DNA of 64,000 nucleotides from an uncultured Alkaliflexus sp. (GCA_964396555.1 CAYNFX010000001.1:14685-78684), one strand, 5' to 3'; counted from the stretch's first letter, positions 30,089 through 39,965 are shown. Program-made: numbers and translations. Notes: generated by a model not told the origin, from the letters alone.

Positions 30089-32431
30089 ATGTTGAAAGTT
30101 TTTCCCCTCTTTTTGATCAGTTGCTTAAATCTTAATGCCCAAAGCAAAGATGACGTATGTCATGGTAACATCCTTTCTGCGACCGAATGGCTTGGTGACA
30201 CTGATCGCTATATTTTTGAACCTGGTAATCAGAGCTTCAGGCTGGATGCCCCGGCAGAAGCTGGTGCATCATGGATTTACACCAGGCTAGATGCCATTGA
30301 AGATGCCAGATGGGAGCTGCACTTTAGTTTCGGTTTCAACCCTTCGTCTTCCAACTATTCTCAGGTTTGGCTTGCTATGGACGCTTCTTCCAGGGATGAG
30401 GTCCAAAATGGTCTGTACCTCGTCATTGGTTCCACTGCAGATAATATCTCATTGTGGCGGGTCAAGGATGGTAAGAAGGAACAGCTTATTGCCGGCATGG
30501 AGAAGATACTGGATAACTCGGCACCTTCAGCTGATATTAGGGTTACAAGATATAGAGGTGGTGTAACGATCTTGGAAACAGATCTGGGAGAGGGTTATCG
30601 TGAGGAAGGTCGTGCTATTATTGAGGGCTTTGAATCGCAGTGCCTTGGCATAGCGTCAGTCTATACGGCTACTCGAAGCAATCTTTTCTGGTATGAGATT
30701 CTGAATGTGTGCGGTGAAGCCTTTACCGATACTCTTCCACCTGAGCCATCGCCATATATGGGCAGGCTACATGATATTGTAATAACTGAGGTGATGGCTG
30801 ATCCATCACCTGCTGTTGGGCTTCCTGTTAATGAGTATATAGAGCTTTTTAACAGAGGTGATGAGGTAGTCAACCTTGCTGGGTGTATAGTGGAAGCTTC
30901 GTCTGGCAGTATTGCGCTCGGCAAACACCTGCTTTTTCCGGGTGATTATTTACTTGTGATACCTCCGGGTAAAGGATCTGAGTGGAACTTTGTAGATAAT
31001 GTTTTTGAGGCTTTATCGTGGTCCTCACTGCCTGATGGTGGAGGACTGCTGGTACTAAGGGATAGTTTTGGAGCCATGGTTTGTGCCTTGCAATATAACA
31101 GGGATTATGGTAGTGAAGGGTTTAAGAAGGATGGTGGCTGGTCTCTTGAGATCAGAGATCCTGATAATGTATCAGGGGATCAGGCAAACTGGGGCTTTTC
31201 TGTTGATCTATCAGGGGGGACCCCTGGCTATGCAAACTCGATAGACGGGCATTTTCCGGATTCTAAGTCTCCATCACTTTTGTCTTACTATCTTGAAAGC
31301 GATTCTGTTCTTGTTCTGGTCTTTTCCGAGCCGATAGACAGCACTTTTGTTAGAGATATGGCCATTACAGCACTGCAGTTGGTAACTGCTCCTCCCGAAG
31401 TTGCAGATATAAAGCTACAAGGAGTATTCTATAATGAGCTGCGCTTAACTTTTGCTGAAGCAATGCCTGAAAATAGAGCTTTCAGGCTGGATTTTGGAGA
31501 ACTGCCTAAGGATCTTAGTGGAAACCTTTTACATGGGCAGCCTTATGTGCTGTTTGGCATTCCACTGCATGCAGAGGCAGGGGATGTGGTGATTAATGAA
31601 CTCCTTTATGAGCCCCCGGAAGGTGGAAGTGACTTTGTGGAGTTGTACAACCGTTCGCAAAAACTAATTGATCTTTCATTGCTCTACATTTCCAGAGGCG
31701 ATGCGGCTGGTGTGCCCGAGAAACTTTTTAAACTTGGCCAGTACAGAAGGGCATTTATGCCTGGAGCTTATTTGGTCATTACTGTAGACAAGTTATGGCT
31801 TCTTGATTATTATGACATTGAAGATAATGCAGAGGTAGTTGAACCTGAAGGCATGCCGAACTTTGCCAATGCCGGAGGCACTGTGCTTTTGACTAATAAC
31901 AGGGCTCAACCCATTGATGCCTTCGGCTATAGTGATGAGTTTCATATGACCTTGCTTAGGTCTACCAAAGGAGTATCACTTGAGAGGATAGATCTTTTTG
32001 GGGAGAGCAATAATAGGTATAACTGGCACTCTGCATCTGCCGAACATAGGTATGCAACTCCGGGGAAAAGGAATTCGCAGACAAAGATTCCGGATGAAGG
32101 GGAGGATGAAGCTGTGTACACAGAACCTGAGATCTTCACCCCTGATGGTGATGGTGTGGATGATCTTTTATTTATCAGATATAAGTATAATAAGCCTGGT
32201 TACCTCTGTACCATCAGAATCTATGATAGAGCCGGACAGCTTGTACGCAATCTTCTTAACAATGTGCCAGTTTCGGTTGATGGTAGATGTTACTGGGACG
32301 GAACAAAGGATAATGGAGCATTGGCTCCGGCCGGCGTTTATATTGTTTTTATCCGTAGTTTTCACCCTGAAGGTGGAGCGGCCTATGAAGGTAAAAAGGC
32401 TGTTGTTCTTGGTATCAGTCCGAAAAAGTAA
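30089..32431 (+). CDS. Secreted lamin-tail-domain protein with gliding-motility-type (type B) T9SS C-terminal domain
   Basis: Signal peptide; two LTD starts (IVITEVMADP...EYIELFN; VVINELLYEP...DFVELYN); C-terminal FTPDGDGVDD...IYDRAG...WDG...GVY pattern. Confidence 0.8.
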   Translation: MLKVFPLFLISCLNLNAQSKDDVCHGNILSATEWLGDTDRYIFEPGNQSFRLDAPAEAGASWIYTRLDAIEDARWELHFSFGFNPSSSNYSQVWLAMDASSRDEVQNGLYLVIGSTADNISLWRVKDGKKEQLIAGMEKILDNSAPSADIRVTRYRGGVTILETDLGEGYREEGRAIIEGFESQCLGIASVYTATRSNLFWYEILNVCGEAFTDTLPPEPSPYMGRLHDIVITEVMADPSPAVGLPVNEYIELFNRGDEVVNLAGCIVEASSGSIALGKHLLFPGDYLLVIPPGKGSEWNFVDNVFEALSWSSLPDGGGLLVLRDSFGAMVCALQYNRDYGSEGFKKDGGWSLEIRDPDNVSGDQANWGFSVDLSGGTPGYANSIDGHFPDSKSPSLLSYYLESDSVLVLVFSEPIDSTFVRDMAITALQLVTAPPEVADIKLQGVFYNELRLTFAEAMPENRAFRLDFGELPKDLSGNLLHGQPYVLFGIPLHAEAGDVVINELLYEPPEGGSDFVELYNRSQKLIDLSLLYISRGDAAGVPEKLFKLGQYRRAFMPGAYLVITVDKLWLLDYYDIEDNAEVVEPEGMPNFANAGGTVLLTNNRAQPIDAFGYSDEFHMTLLRSTKGVSLERIDLFGESNNRYNWHSASAEHRYATPGKRNSQTKIPDEGEDEAVYTEPEIFTPDGDGVDDLLFIRYKYNKPGYLCTIRIYDRAGQLVRNLLNNVPVSVDGRCYWDGTKDNGALAPAGVYIVFIRSFHPEGGAAYEGKKAVVLGISPKK

Positions 32432-32486
32432 GAATCGCCGTTTGGTGTGATTACTGTTTTAAGGATTGATAGTTTGTAAGAAAAGT

Positions 32487-32532
32487 AAAAGCTCCAACCT
32501 GATACCAGTATTGGTCTCAGGTTGGAGCTTTG
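32487..32532. terminator. Bidirectional terminator between convergent LTD gene and punA
   Basis: AAAAGCTCCAACCTGA...TCAGGTTGGAGCTTT long stem. Confidence 0.75.
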
Positions 32533-32580
32533 TATTATCATGAAGCAGAGCAGGAACACTTATCTGCTTGGTTTTACATT

Positions 32581-33393
32581 TCAAAGAGTGCCTAAAAGTT
32601 CGGCGATAAGCTTGGTCATCTTGGGTTCTGCTTCTGAGGCAACCTTTTGTACTTCCTCGTGAGATACCTCAACAATCTGGCCTGGCACTCCTGAATCTGT
32701 GATTATTGAGATACCAAAGCAGGTAAGGCCACTGTGACGGGCAGCGATTACTTCCGGAACTGTTGACATTCCTACTGCATCTCCTCCAATGATTCTGAAG
32801 AATCTGTACTCAGCAGGAGTCTCGAATGTAGGACCTGCAGTTCCCACATATACCCCCTGTTTTACTTCAATACCTTCCTTAACAGCAATATCATGAACCC
32901 TTGCAATAAGTTCTTTGCTGTATGGCTCACTCATATCAGGGAAGCGTGGCCCCGTCTCTGCAAGGTTAGGACCTATAAGAGGATTGTTACCAAACATATT
33001 TATGTGGTCATCAATAATCATAAGGTCACCAACTTTGAATGAGGGGTTCAGCCCTCCGGAAGCATTTGATACAACGAGAGTCTTTATTCCCATTTGTTTC
33101 ATTACTCTTACAGGAAAGGTTACCTGTTGCATATTGTATCCTTCATAGTAATGAAAGCGTCCCTGCATGGCCATTACCGGCTTGCCTTTAATACGGCCAA
33201 AGATTAGGCGTCCCTGATGCCCTTCCACTGTAGATACAGGGAAATTGGGAATCTTGCTGTAAGATATGCTTGTATCTATATCAATTTCCTTGACCAGTCC
33301 ACCAAGACCGGTGCCAAGGATTATCCCTATTTCGGGATTCAATGTCTGCAACGACTTAAGAAAATCGGCAGTTTCATTTATGGCTTTCAACAT
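32581..33393 (-). CDS. punA: Purine nucleoside phosphorylase (PNP type I)
   Basis: IILGTGLG, VEGH.G, QGRFHYYEG, GPRFPDMS, GPTFETPAE, VGMSTVPEV. Confidence 0.95.
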   Translation of the reverse strand: MLKAINETADFLKSLQTLNPEIGIILGTGLGGLVKEIDIDTSISYSKIPNFPVSTVEGHQGRLIFGRIKGKPVMAMQGRFHYYEGYNMQQVTFPVRVMKQMGIKTLVVSNASGGLNPSFKVGDLMIIDDHINMFGNNPLIGPNLAETGPRFPDMSEPYSKELIARVHDIAVKEGIEVKQGVYVGTAGPTFETPAEYRFFRIIGGDAVGMSTVPEVIAARHSGLTCFGISIITDSGVPGQIVEVSHEEVQKVASEAEPKMTKLIAELLGTL

Positions 33394-34444
33394 AATCTGT
33401 AATTATCTTTTCAAATATTTCCTGTTGATCGAACAAAATTCTTATCCTTATTGGAATATACCACAGGCGCTCTTTTAGTGACTCTGGTAAAAGTCCGGCA
33501 GAGAACATGCGAACGGCATCTTTTTCTGTCGTGACAACCTCTGGTCGCCTTGTTGTTTTGCCACTTCCTTCTTCTGCTATCTTTTGAAGATCGGTTTGGT
33601 CAAAGTTGTGATGATCTCTAAAGCTAAGGGTCTTCAAAGGTACACGATATTGTCTGAGACTTTCAAAAAAAGGCAGAGGATTGCCAATTCCAGCCACTGC
33701 TACCAATACATCCCCATTGTCAGCCAGTTTATCCCTAAAGCTAAGCTTATTGTTGGTATTTCCCAAACAATGGGGCTCTTCATATTGTATAGCACTGAAA
33801 AACACCTGCTGGTGAGATGCAGGCTTAAGCTTTTTACGTAGGTGGTCAGCCTCTACTTTATTCAGGTTGTCAGGACATTTGTTTACCAGGATTATATCGG
33901 CACGTTTGAGTCCCGATATTGGCTCCCTAAGATTTCCAGTTGGAAGGCAGAAATCCGCCCATGGTGGTCTGTGGTAGTCAATTACAAGAATTGAGAGGCC
34001 TGGTTTTACATATCTGTGCTGGTAAGCATCGTCAAGAAGGACGACTTCGGGTTTTTCGTCAAGACCAAGTAGTCTCGCCATGCCCTCCACTCTTTTTTCA
34101 GCCACGGCTATTGTGATGCCGGGGAACTTGAGTTTCATCTGCATTGGCTCATCGCCAATAGTATTGCAGTTATCTGTTTCTCCTGCCAGAATCACTCCAT
34201 GGGTTTTTCGTCCGTAACCTCTTGACAAGGTGGCACACTTGTATTTATCACCCAGTGTGTGTAACAGCAGTTCGGTAACAGGAGTCTTACCGGTTCCTCC
34301 AACTGTGATGTTGCCTATAGAAATTAAAGGAAGGTTGTAAGACTGAGACTTGAGTATTTCCAAATCGAAAAGCTTGTTTCGGATCGTGCTTACAGCACAA
34401 TAGACAAGTGAAAAAGGGAACAAAAACAACCGAAACAATCGCAT
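33374..34444 (-). CDS. lpxK: Tetraacyldisaccharide 4'-kinase
   Basis: IGNITVGGTGKTP, LSRGYGR, GDEP, LLDDAYQH, GNLRE, F.DHH, TTEKDAV. Confidence 0.96.
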   Translation of the reverse strand: MRLFRLFLFPFSLVYCAVSTIRNKLFDLEILKSQSYNLPLISIGNITVGGTGKTPVTELLLHTLGDKYKCATLSRGYGRKTHGVILAGETDNCNTIGDEPMQMKLKFPGITIAVAEKRVEGMARLLGLDEKPEVVLLDDAYQHRYVKPGLSILVIDYHRPPWADFCLPTGNLREPISGLKRADIILVNKCPDNLNKVEADHLRKKLKPASHQQVFFSAIQYEEPHCLGNTNNKLSFRDKLADNGDVLVAVAGIGNPLPFFESLRQYRVPLKTLSFRDHHNFDQTDLQKIAEEGSGKTTRRPEVVTTEKDAVRMFSAGLLPESLKERLWYIPIRIRILFDQQEIFEKIITDYVESHK

Positions 34445-34503
34445 GGCAGAAAAATGAATTGGGAACAGATTGCTCTGTTCCCAATGTAATAAGACTCTAG
34501 CTA

Positions 34504-36273
34504 TTAGTTAACTGAAATATCATAGGGTATCCTGGCCTGTATTGGGTACGCATTTTCAAGGGCCTTTACAGATTTCAGGATTTTGTATTCTTCTCCAAGG
34601 AAGGTCTCAATATATCGGGCCATTGCATTCCCGGAGAAGCTTTGCATTATTTGGTCAATAGCAGATAATTCCTCAGGCAGTTCAACTACTCTGTAGCTAT
34701 CTATTCCGGCCATATTTGCTGCAACGGCTACGGCATCATCAATCCCGCCTAGTTTGTCAACCAGGTTGATATCAATAGCATTTTCACCGCTCCAGACACG
34801 TCCTTCCCCAATCTTGGCTATTGCTTCCTTTTCAACTTGTCTGCCATCAGAGCAACGGGTAAGGAAGACATCATAGAAGCGTTCGATATATGCTTGCATT
34901 ATCCTCTTTTCATCAGCAGAAAACTGACGGTCCAAGGACGGGAAGTCGGCAAATTGGTTGGTTACAACTCTGTCAGTTGTGATACCGACCTTGTTGAGTA
35001 GTTTCTGAGCATTAGGTATTACGCTGAATACTCCGATACTTCCTGTTAGAGTAGTAGGATGTGCTATAATTGTGTCAGCAGCACAGGCAATATAATAACC
35101 GCCAGATGCGGCATAGTCACCCATTGAAACGACAAATGGTTTTGTTTCTTTGGCAAGTTTTACTTCTCGCCATATAATTTCAGAACCTAGACCTGATCCA
35201 CCGGGTGAATTTACTCTAAGAACTATAGCCTTGATACTACTGTCGCGACGGGCTTCACGGATAGTGCGTGAAAGTTTTTCTGAGTCTATTCCACCTGTTG
35301 AAGCTGCGTCGTCAATTGCTCCTTCAGCATAGATAATGGCGATCTTGTTCTTCTCAAGACCTTTTTTCTTCTCACTAGGCAGGTAAACGGAGCTGTATGC
35401 ACTGATGCCAATTGCATTTAGATCATCTTTTTCTTCGGTGTCTGTAAGCTCTTTTAGTTCACTTAAAACTTCATCCTTGTACTTGAGTGCGTCGATAAGT
35501 TTGTTTGCCAAAAGTTCATCTGCCGGAGTCATAGCCGGTAGTGCAGATGCTGCTTTGTTAAGATCCTCAACAGAAAGACCGCGGCTTGTAGAAATTGATT
35601 TCAGGATATGATTCCACATCGAGTTAAGGTAAACTTCAGCCTGAAGGCGAGCTGCATCGCTCATCTTGTCAAGAATGTAAGGTTCAACTGCAGATTTAAA
35701 CTCCCCGTGTTTGAATACCTGTATTTCAAGCCCAAGTTTTTCAAGTAATCCTTTGTAAAAGGTGTAGGAGCCTGCTATACCCTGAAAGTCAAGCATTCCT
35801 TCAGGATTAAGATAGACCTTGTCAGCTGCAGTAGCCAGATAGTAACCTTTTTGTGTATAAGTTGAATTGTAGCTGTAAATAAATTTACCTGAGGAACGGA
35901 AATCCAACAGTGCGTTTCTGATTTCTTCTATTGTGGCATAACCGGTACTTGGCATTCCACTTTCCATGTAGATTCCTTTGATGCGATCATCATCCTTTGC
36001 CTTTTTGATAGCTTTAAGGATTTGATTAAGTCCGACTGATGCATCTTGTCCAGCCAGCTCTGAAATTAAATCTCCAAACAGGTCGTCACTTTTACGTTCG
36101 GTAATCTCTCCGTTTAGATCCAATAAAAGGATTGAGTTGTCCTTTACTTTGACCTCCTGACTTGAAGAAGAAGCCAGGCTGCCAATGATTAGGAAGAAGC
36201 CCATGGTTATAAAGAATGAAGATACCAGGCCTCCTGCGATGACTGCGAGTAAATACTTAAAAAACTTATTCAT
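34504..36273 (-). CDS. sppA: Signal peptide peptidase SppA (67 kDa type)
   Basis: Y.LAT.AD, G.FKSAVEP, LRVNSPGGS, SMG.YAASGGYYIA, TLTGSIGV, GRVWSG. Confidence 0.95.
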   Translation of the reverse strand: MNKFFKYLLAVIAGGLVSSFFITMGFFLIIGSLASSSSQEVKVKDNSILLLDLNGEITERKSDDLFGDLISELAGQDASVGLNQILKAIKKAKDDDRIKGIYMESGMPSTGYATIEEIRNALLDFRSSGKFIYSYNSTYTQKGYYLATAADKVYLNPEGMLDFQGIAGSYTFYKGLLEKLGLEIQVFKHGEFKSAVEPYILDKMSDAARLQAEVYLNSMWNHILKSISTSRGLSVEDLNKAASALPAMTPADELLANKLIDALKYKDEVLSELKELTDTEEKDDLNAIGISAYSSVYLPSEKKKGLEKNKIAIIYAEGAIDDAASTGGIDSEKLSRTIREARRDSSIKAIVLRVNSPGGSGLGSEIIWREVKLAKETKPFVVSMGDYAASGGYYIACAADTIIAHPTTLTGSIGVFSVIPNAQKLLNKVGITTDRVVTNQFADFPSLDRQFSADEKRIMQAYIERFYDVFLTRCSDGRQVEKEAIAKIGEGRVWSGENAIDINLVDKLGGIDDAVAVAANMAGIDSYRVVELPEELSAIDQIMQSFSGNAMARYIETFLGEEYKILKSVKALENAYPIQARIPYDISVN

Positions 36274-36379
36274 AATTTCTTTATAATTTTGAGTTTTGGA
36301 ATGCTAAGGTACAAAAATGAATTAAATCAATTTGATAGCCTGTAAATTTTAGTTGGTAGCCTGTAAATTTTTGATAGTT

Positions 36380-36880
36380 ATGCGAGTATTGATTCTACTT
36401 GGTGGAAATGAAGGAGACACTCCTCACTTTTTTCGAAAGGCTATTGAGATAGTTGAAAGGAAGGCCGGTCGGATTGTTGTTGTTTCATCCTTGTATGAAA
36501 GCATCCCTTGGGGGTTTGAAGCCGAGAGGAATTTCCTCAATTGTGTGGTGGAGCTTGAGACTGCATTGGAACCAGAAACTCTGCTTGAAATACTTTTGGG
36601 AATAGAGACAGAGCTTGGACGAAAAAGGCCGGAAGGCAACGGTTATGCCTCCCGGCCAATAGATATTGATATCCTTTTTGTTGAGGATTTTGTAATTGAC
36701 TCAGATACTTTAAAAGTTCCCCATCCTCGTCTTCACCTTCGCCGTTTTACATTAATGCCGCTAAATGAACTTTGGACCGGATGGTATCATCCGGTACTTG
36801 AAAAAACAGTCGGCGAACTGTTACAGGACTGTGAAGATGAGGGTATGGTCAAACTCTGTTCTCAGAGTTTGGAGCCATAG
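36380..36880 (+). CDS. folK: 2-amino-4-hydroxy-6-hydroxymethyldihydropteridine diphosphokinase
   Basis: LLGGN.G, SSLYES.PWG, FLNCV, IE..LGR, R.IDIDIL, VPHPRL..RRF.L.PL; ATG at 36380. Confidence 0.93.
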   Translation: MRVLILLGGNEGDTPHFFRKAIEIVERKAGRIVVVSSLYESIPWGFEAERNFLNCVVELETALEPETLLEILLGIETELGRKRPEGNGYASRPIDIDILFVEDFVIDSDTLKVPHPRLHLRRFTLMPLNELWTGWYHPVLEKTVGELLQDCEDEGMVKLCSQSLEP

Positions 36881-37515
36881 GCAAGGTCTCCAGCATCACC
36901 CAAACCGGGAACAATGTAGGATTTAGCATTCAGTTCCTCATCAACGGCTGCAAGCCACAGGGTGACAGGCTCTCTACCCATCGCGTTGCTTATGTAATCC
37001 ACTCCTGCCTGACTGGCAATTATGCTGACAATATGCACATGAGACGGGCTACCCTTTGAAAGCAGAGCCTTGTATGCTAACTCGAGCGATGCTCCTGTTG
37101 CAAGCATTGGGTCTGCAAGTATAACAGTCTTGTCATTAAGGTCGGGAGATGAAATGTATTCTATGTGAATCTCAAACTTTCCTGCCTCGTCATACTTCCT
37201 ATAGGCTGAAACAAATGCGTTCTCACTACGGTCGAAGATGTTGAGGATGCCGTTGTGTAAAGGAATTCCGGCACGGAGGATTGACGCAATAACGACTTTG
37301 TCATCCAGAACAGATTCTTTTGCTATTCCAAGTGGGGTTTGGATGTCCTTCTCTTTGTAGTTAAGGACCTTACTTACCTCATAAGCGAAGATTTCACCAA
37401 TACGTTCAAGATTGCGGCGAAAGCGCATGGGATCGGACTGGATGTCCCTATCTCTTATTTCAGCTATGAACTGGTTGAAAATCGATGCAGGTTTGTTAAT
37501 TATGTTGATCTTCAT
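36862..37515 (-). CDS. upp: Uracil phosphoribosyltransferase
   Basis: RFRRNLERIG, SILRAG, ADPMLATG.S, YIVPGLGDAGD; ATG at 37515; TAACTTTG -7 box at 37528-37535. Confidence 0.95.
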   Translation of the reverse strand: MKINIINKPASIFNQFIAEIRDRDIQSDPMRFRRNLERIGEIFAYEVSKVLNYKEKDIQTPLGIAKESVLDDKVVIASILRAGIPLHNGILNIFDRSENAFVSAYRKYDEAGKFEIHIEYISSPDLNDKTVILADPMLATGASLELAYKALLSKGSPSHVHIVSIIASQAGVDYISNAMGREPVTLWLAAVDEELNAKSYIVPGLGDAGDLAYGSKL

Positions 37516-37560
37516 CGGTTTTTGTTGCAAAGTTAGTTTGAAATATCAAAATTTTGGTGG

Positions 37561-38559
37561 TCAACTGGTTATTTGTGATATTCTTTTTACTCGCCTAAGT
37601 AGTTCCCATATTTTCAGGAGTAACCTGTTTTCATAGGTCGGGTAATACTCAATATGGGCTCCGAAGCCTTCGTAAAAACGTTTGACTCCTGATATATTTG
37701 AGCCTTCAAAATCAAGAACAACATCGGTTCCTGCATATTTCCTGATTACATGGTCTATGATTGAAAACATGCTTCTATGTTCAAAGCCCTGCTGGGATGA
37801 GGTGCCTGAAAGAAAGGTCAAAAGCCCGTACTTATTGAGAAAGAAGGCCATTGCCAGTGGCTCTCCATCGTTATTGTTACATGAAATAATAAACCCGCAA
37901 TTACGCTGTAGTGCTCCATTGACAAGCTCCTTTAGTATATTCAAAGCCTTGCCAGAGGTGCTGTAGTTAAGGTGTTTTTTTGTGAAATCAATGAATTGCT
38001 TTGATGAACTGCATGTCTCAATACTAGATGATCGCAGTTGGGATGTTTTCAGATTGCGCCTGCAATTATCCGAGTAGTTTTCTGCCAACTGTTTATAGGA
38101 GCTTGTAAGCGAAAGAATGCAGTTTCCCTTTTGGCTGACGGATGTTCTGGCAATCGAAATAAAGCCTTTAATAGAGCATTTCGTTGGAAAATTATGTAGG
38201 CCCTCAGTGAACTGCTTGGTAAAACCAACCAACATAGAAGAGTTTCCGTTGAGGTTCCCAACTGGATAAGGAAGTAGGTGCAGCACATTCTTTAGTACAA
38301 CTGGGTCTGGGATATGTTTGGAAAAAATGCCTAGTTGCTGGATAAATAGAGGTTGCATTACTAGTGGCAGAACAACGGATCTATTCAAAGGGACCGGGAA
38401 AAGAAGGTCATAGTCGACGTCGACTATGGCGGACCAACCCGGAGAACAAATGTCAAGATACCAACTTTCGGCAAAGACCATAGGATTGAGGGAGGAACTA
38501 ATCCCCTTGTCCCAAAGTACCCTGTCTATCTCCTTATTGTTTAGAAATATTAGTTCCAT
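37561..38559 (-). CDS. Hypothetical GNAT/FemAB-like acyltransferase-fold protein
   Basis: WD..I, SWYLD, RRNLK, LDFEGS.I.GV.RFY.GFGA C-terminus typical of GNAT_6/FemAB-like proteins. Confidence 0.6.
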   Translation of the reverse strand: MELIFLNNKEIDRVLWDKGISSSLNPMVFAESWYLDICSPGWSAIVDVDYDLLFPVPLNRSVVLPLVMQPLFIQQLGIFSKHIPDPVVLKNVLHLLPYPVGNLNGNSSMLVGFTKQFTEGLHNFPTKCSIKGFISIARTSVSQKGNCILSLTSSYKQLAENYSDNCRRNLKTSQLRSSSIETCSSSKQFIDFTKKHLNYSTSGKALNILKELVNGALQRNCGFIISCNNNDGEPLAMAFFLNKYGLLTFLSGTSSQQGFEHRSMFSIIDHVIRKYAGTDVVLDFEGSNISGVKRFYEGFGAHIEYYPTYENRLLLKIWELLRRVKRISQITS

Positions 38560-38574
38560 CAATTGTCTCTCTGA

Positions 38575-39273
38575 CTATATCATGTTTTCGTCAGCAAAGC
38601 TAAAGTAGGAATTATCCGTGACAATGATGTGGTCTATAACAGGAACATCCATGATTTTGGCAGCATCTCTGAGTTTCTCTGTTATCTTAGTATCTGCGTC
38701 GCTAGGCCTTGTATTACCTGAGGGGTGGTTATGTACCAGAATCAGTGATGAAGCTCTGGTTTCAAGAGCCCGTTTCATAACCATTCTTACGTCTATAACG
38801 GTTCCGGTCATTCCTCCCTTACTCAGGTTGTACTGGTGAATCAGTCTGTTAGATCTGCTTAGCATCAGAATCCAGAACTCTTCATGAGGCAGGTCTCCGA
38901 TTATGGGGTTCATTATGTTGAAGGCATCAGTACTGCTCCTGATAAATGGTTTTTCGAGCGACTCTTCGAGTCTTCTCCTGCGACCGAGTTCCATAGCAGC
39001 AATTATAGAAACTGCCTTTGCTTTGCCAATGCCATGGAAACTGCCGGTTAGTTCGTTTACCTCGACCTTCCCTAGTTCATTCAGGTTATTGTTATATTCG
39101 GCCATTATCTTTCTTGCCAGGTCCACTGCTGATTCCTTCCGGCTTCCTGATCCAATGAGTATTGCAAGCAGTTCAGCATCAGAAAGGGAGGCTATCCCTT
39201 TGTTAAGCAGCTTTTCGCGTGGACGGTCTTCCACGGCAAGTTCCTTAATAGTTAGTTTCGTGTATTGAGCCAT
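38575..39273 (-). CDS. radC: RadC-family JAB domain protein
   Basis: DRPREKL, LS..ELLAILIGSG, GIG.AKA, EEFW, HNHPSG...PS.AD, DHII; ATG at 39273. Confidence 0.95.
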   Translation of the reverse strand: MAQYTKLTIKELAVEDRPREKLLNKGIASLSDAELLAILIGSGSRKESAVDLARKIMAEYNNNLNELGKVEVNELTGSFHGIGKAKAVSIIAAMELGRRRRLEESLEKPFIRSSTDAFNIMNPIIGDLPHEEFWILMLSRSNRLIHQYNLSKGGMTGTVIDVRMVMKRALETRASSLILVHNHPSGNTRPSDADTKITEKLRDAAKIMDVPVIDHIIVTDNSYFSFADENMI

Positions 39274-39435
39274 GGTTAAAGTTTTGCCATTCAAGCTAAT
39301 AAATTTGCAGATATTTGGCAATGGGGATATGGTCGGCTCTTATGTAGATGATGACAAAGGGAACAAACCGCGGAGTATTAAGAATACGATGAAAGGGCAG
39401 CTCATTGCTGCAGTAGAGGAAATTGGGATAGTTGA

Positions 39436-39467
39436 AAACAAGAAAGGCCGTCTTTAAAAGACAGCCT
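39436..39467 (-). terminator. Intrinsic terminator of the tRNA-Glu/rpsT operon
   Basis: Minus strand AGGCTGTCTT-loop-AAGACGGCCT (one G-U pair) followed by TTCTTGTTTT. Confidence 0.65.
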
Positions 39468-39473
39468 GTTTTG

Positions 39474-39545
39474 TAGTCCCTAGGGGAATCGAACCCCTGT
39501 TTCCAGAATGAAAATCTGGCGTCCTAACCCCTAGACGAAGGGACC
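39474..39545 (-). tRNA. tRNA-Glu (TTC), copy 2
   Basis: GGTCCCT/AGGGACT acceptor, CCAGA-TTTTCAT-TCTGG anticodon arm, GGTTCGATTCC T-arm. Confidence 0.95.
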
Positions 39546-39559
39546 GGTTTCTCGGACGA

Positions 39560-39814
39560 TTAAGCCAGAGAATTAATATGGTTTGCCAAACTGGACTTTA
39601 GGTTTGCAGCCTTATTCTTGTGAATAATATTCTTCTTAGCCAATTTGTCAATCATGGACGCCACTTTCGGGTAAAGCTCTGATGCAGCAGCTTTCTCCGT
39701 GGTCAGACGCAGAACCTTGATAGCATTACGTGTAGTCTTTGCGTAATACCTGTTCCTCAAGTTACGGGTAAGGGTCTGCCTGATCCTCTTCTTTGATGAT
39801 TGATGATTTGCCAT
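39560..39814 (-). CDS. rpsT: 30S ribosomal protein S20
   Basis: [26 protein letters not shown]. Confidence 0.97.
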   Translation of the reverse strand: MANHQSSKKRIRQTLTRNLRNRYYAKTTRNAIKVLRLTTEKAAASELYPKVASMIDKLAKKNIIHKNKAANLKSSLANHINSLA

Positions 39815-39852
39815 CTCAGTTGTATAAATAAAGTTCTAATTGTTTTTACCTG

Positions 39853-39924
39853 TAGTCCCTAGGGGAATCGAACCCCTGTTTCCAGAATGAAAATCTGGCG
39901 TCCTAACCCCTAGACGAAGGGACC
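39853..39924 (-). tRNA. tRNA-Glu (TTC), copy 1
   Basis: 72 nt identical to 39474-39545. Confidence 0.95.
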
Positions 39925-39965
39925 AATAATGGATACAATAAAAAATCGCTTTTCAATTGCGGATG

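Noticed and set aside
38575-39273. radC as a marker of a mobile element
   Set aside because: Full-length chromosomal form in a housekeeping context with no mobility genes.
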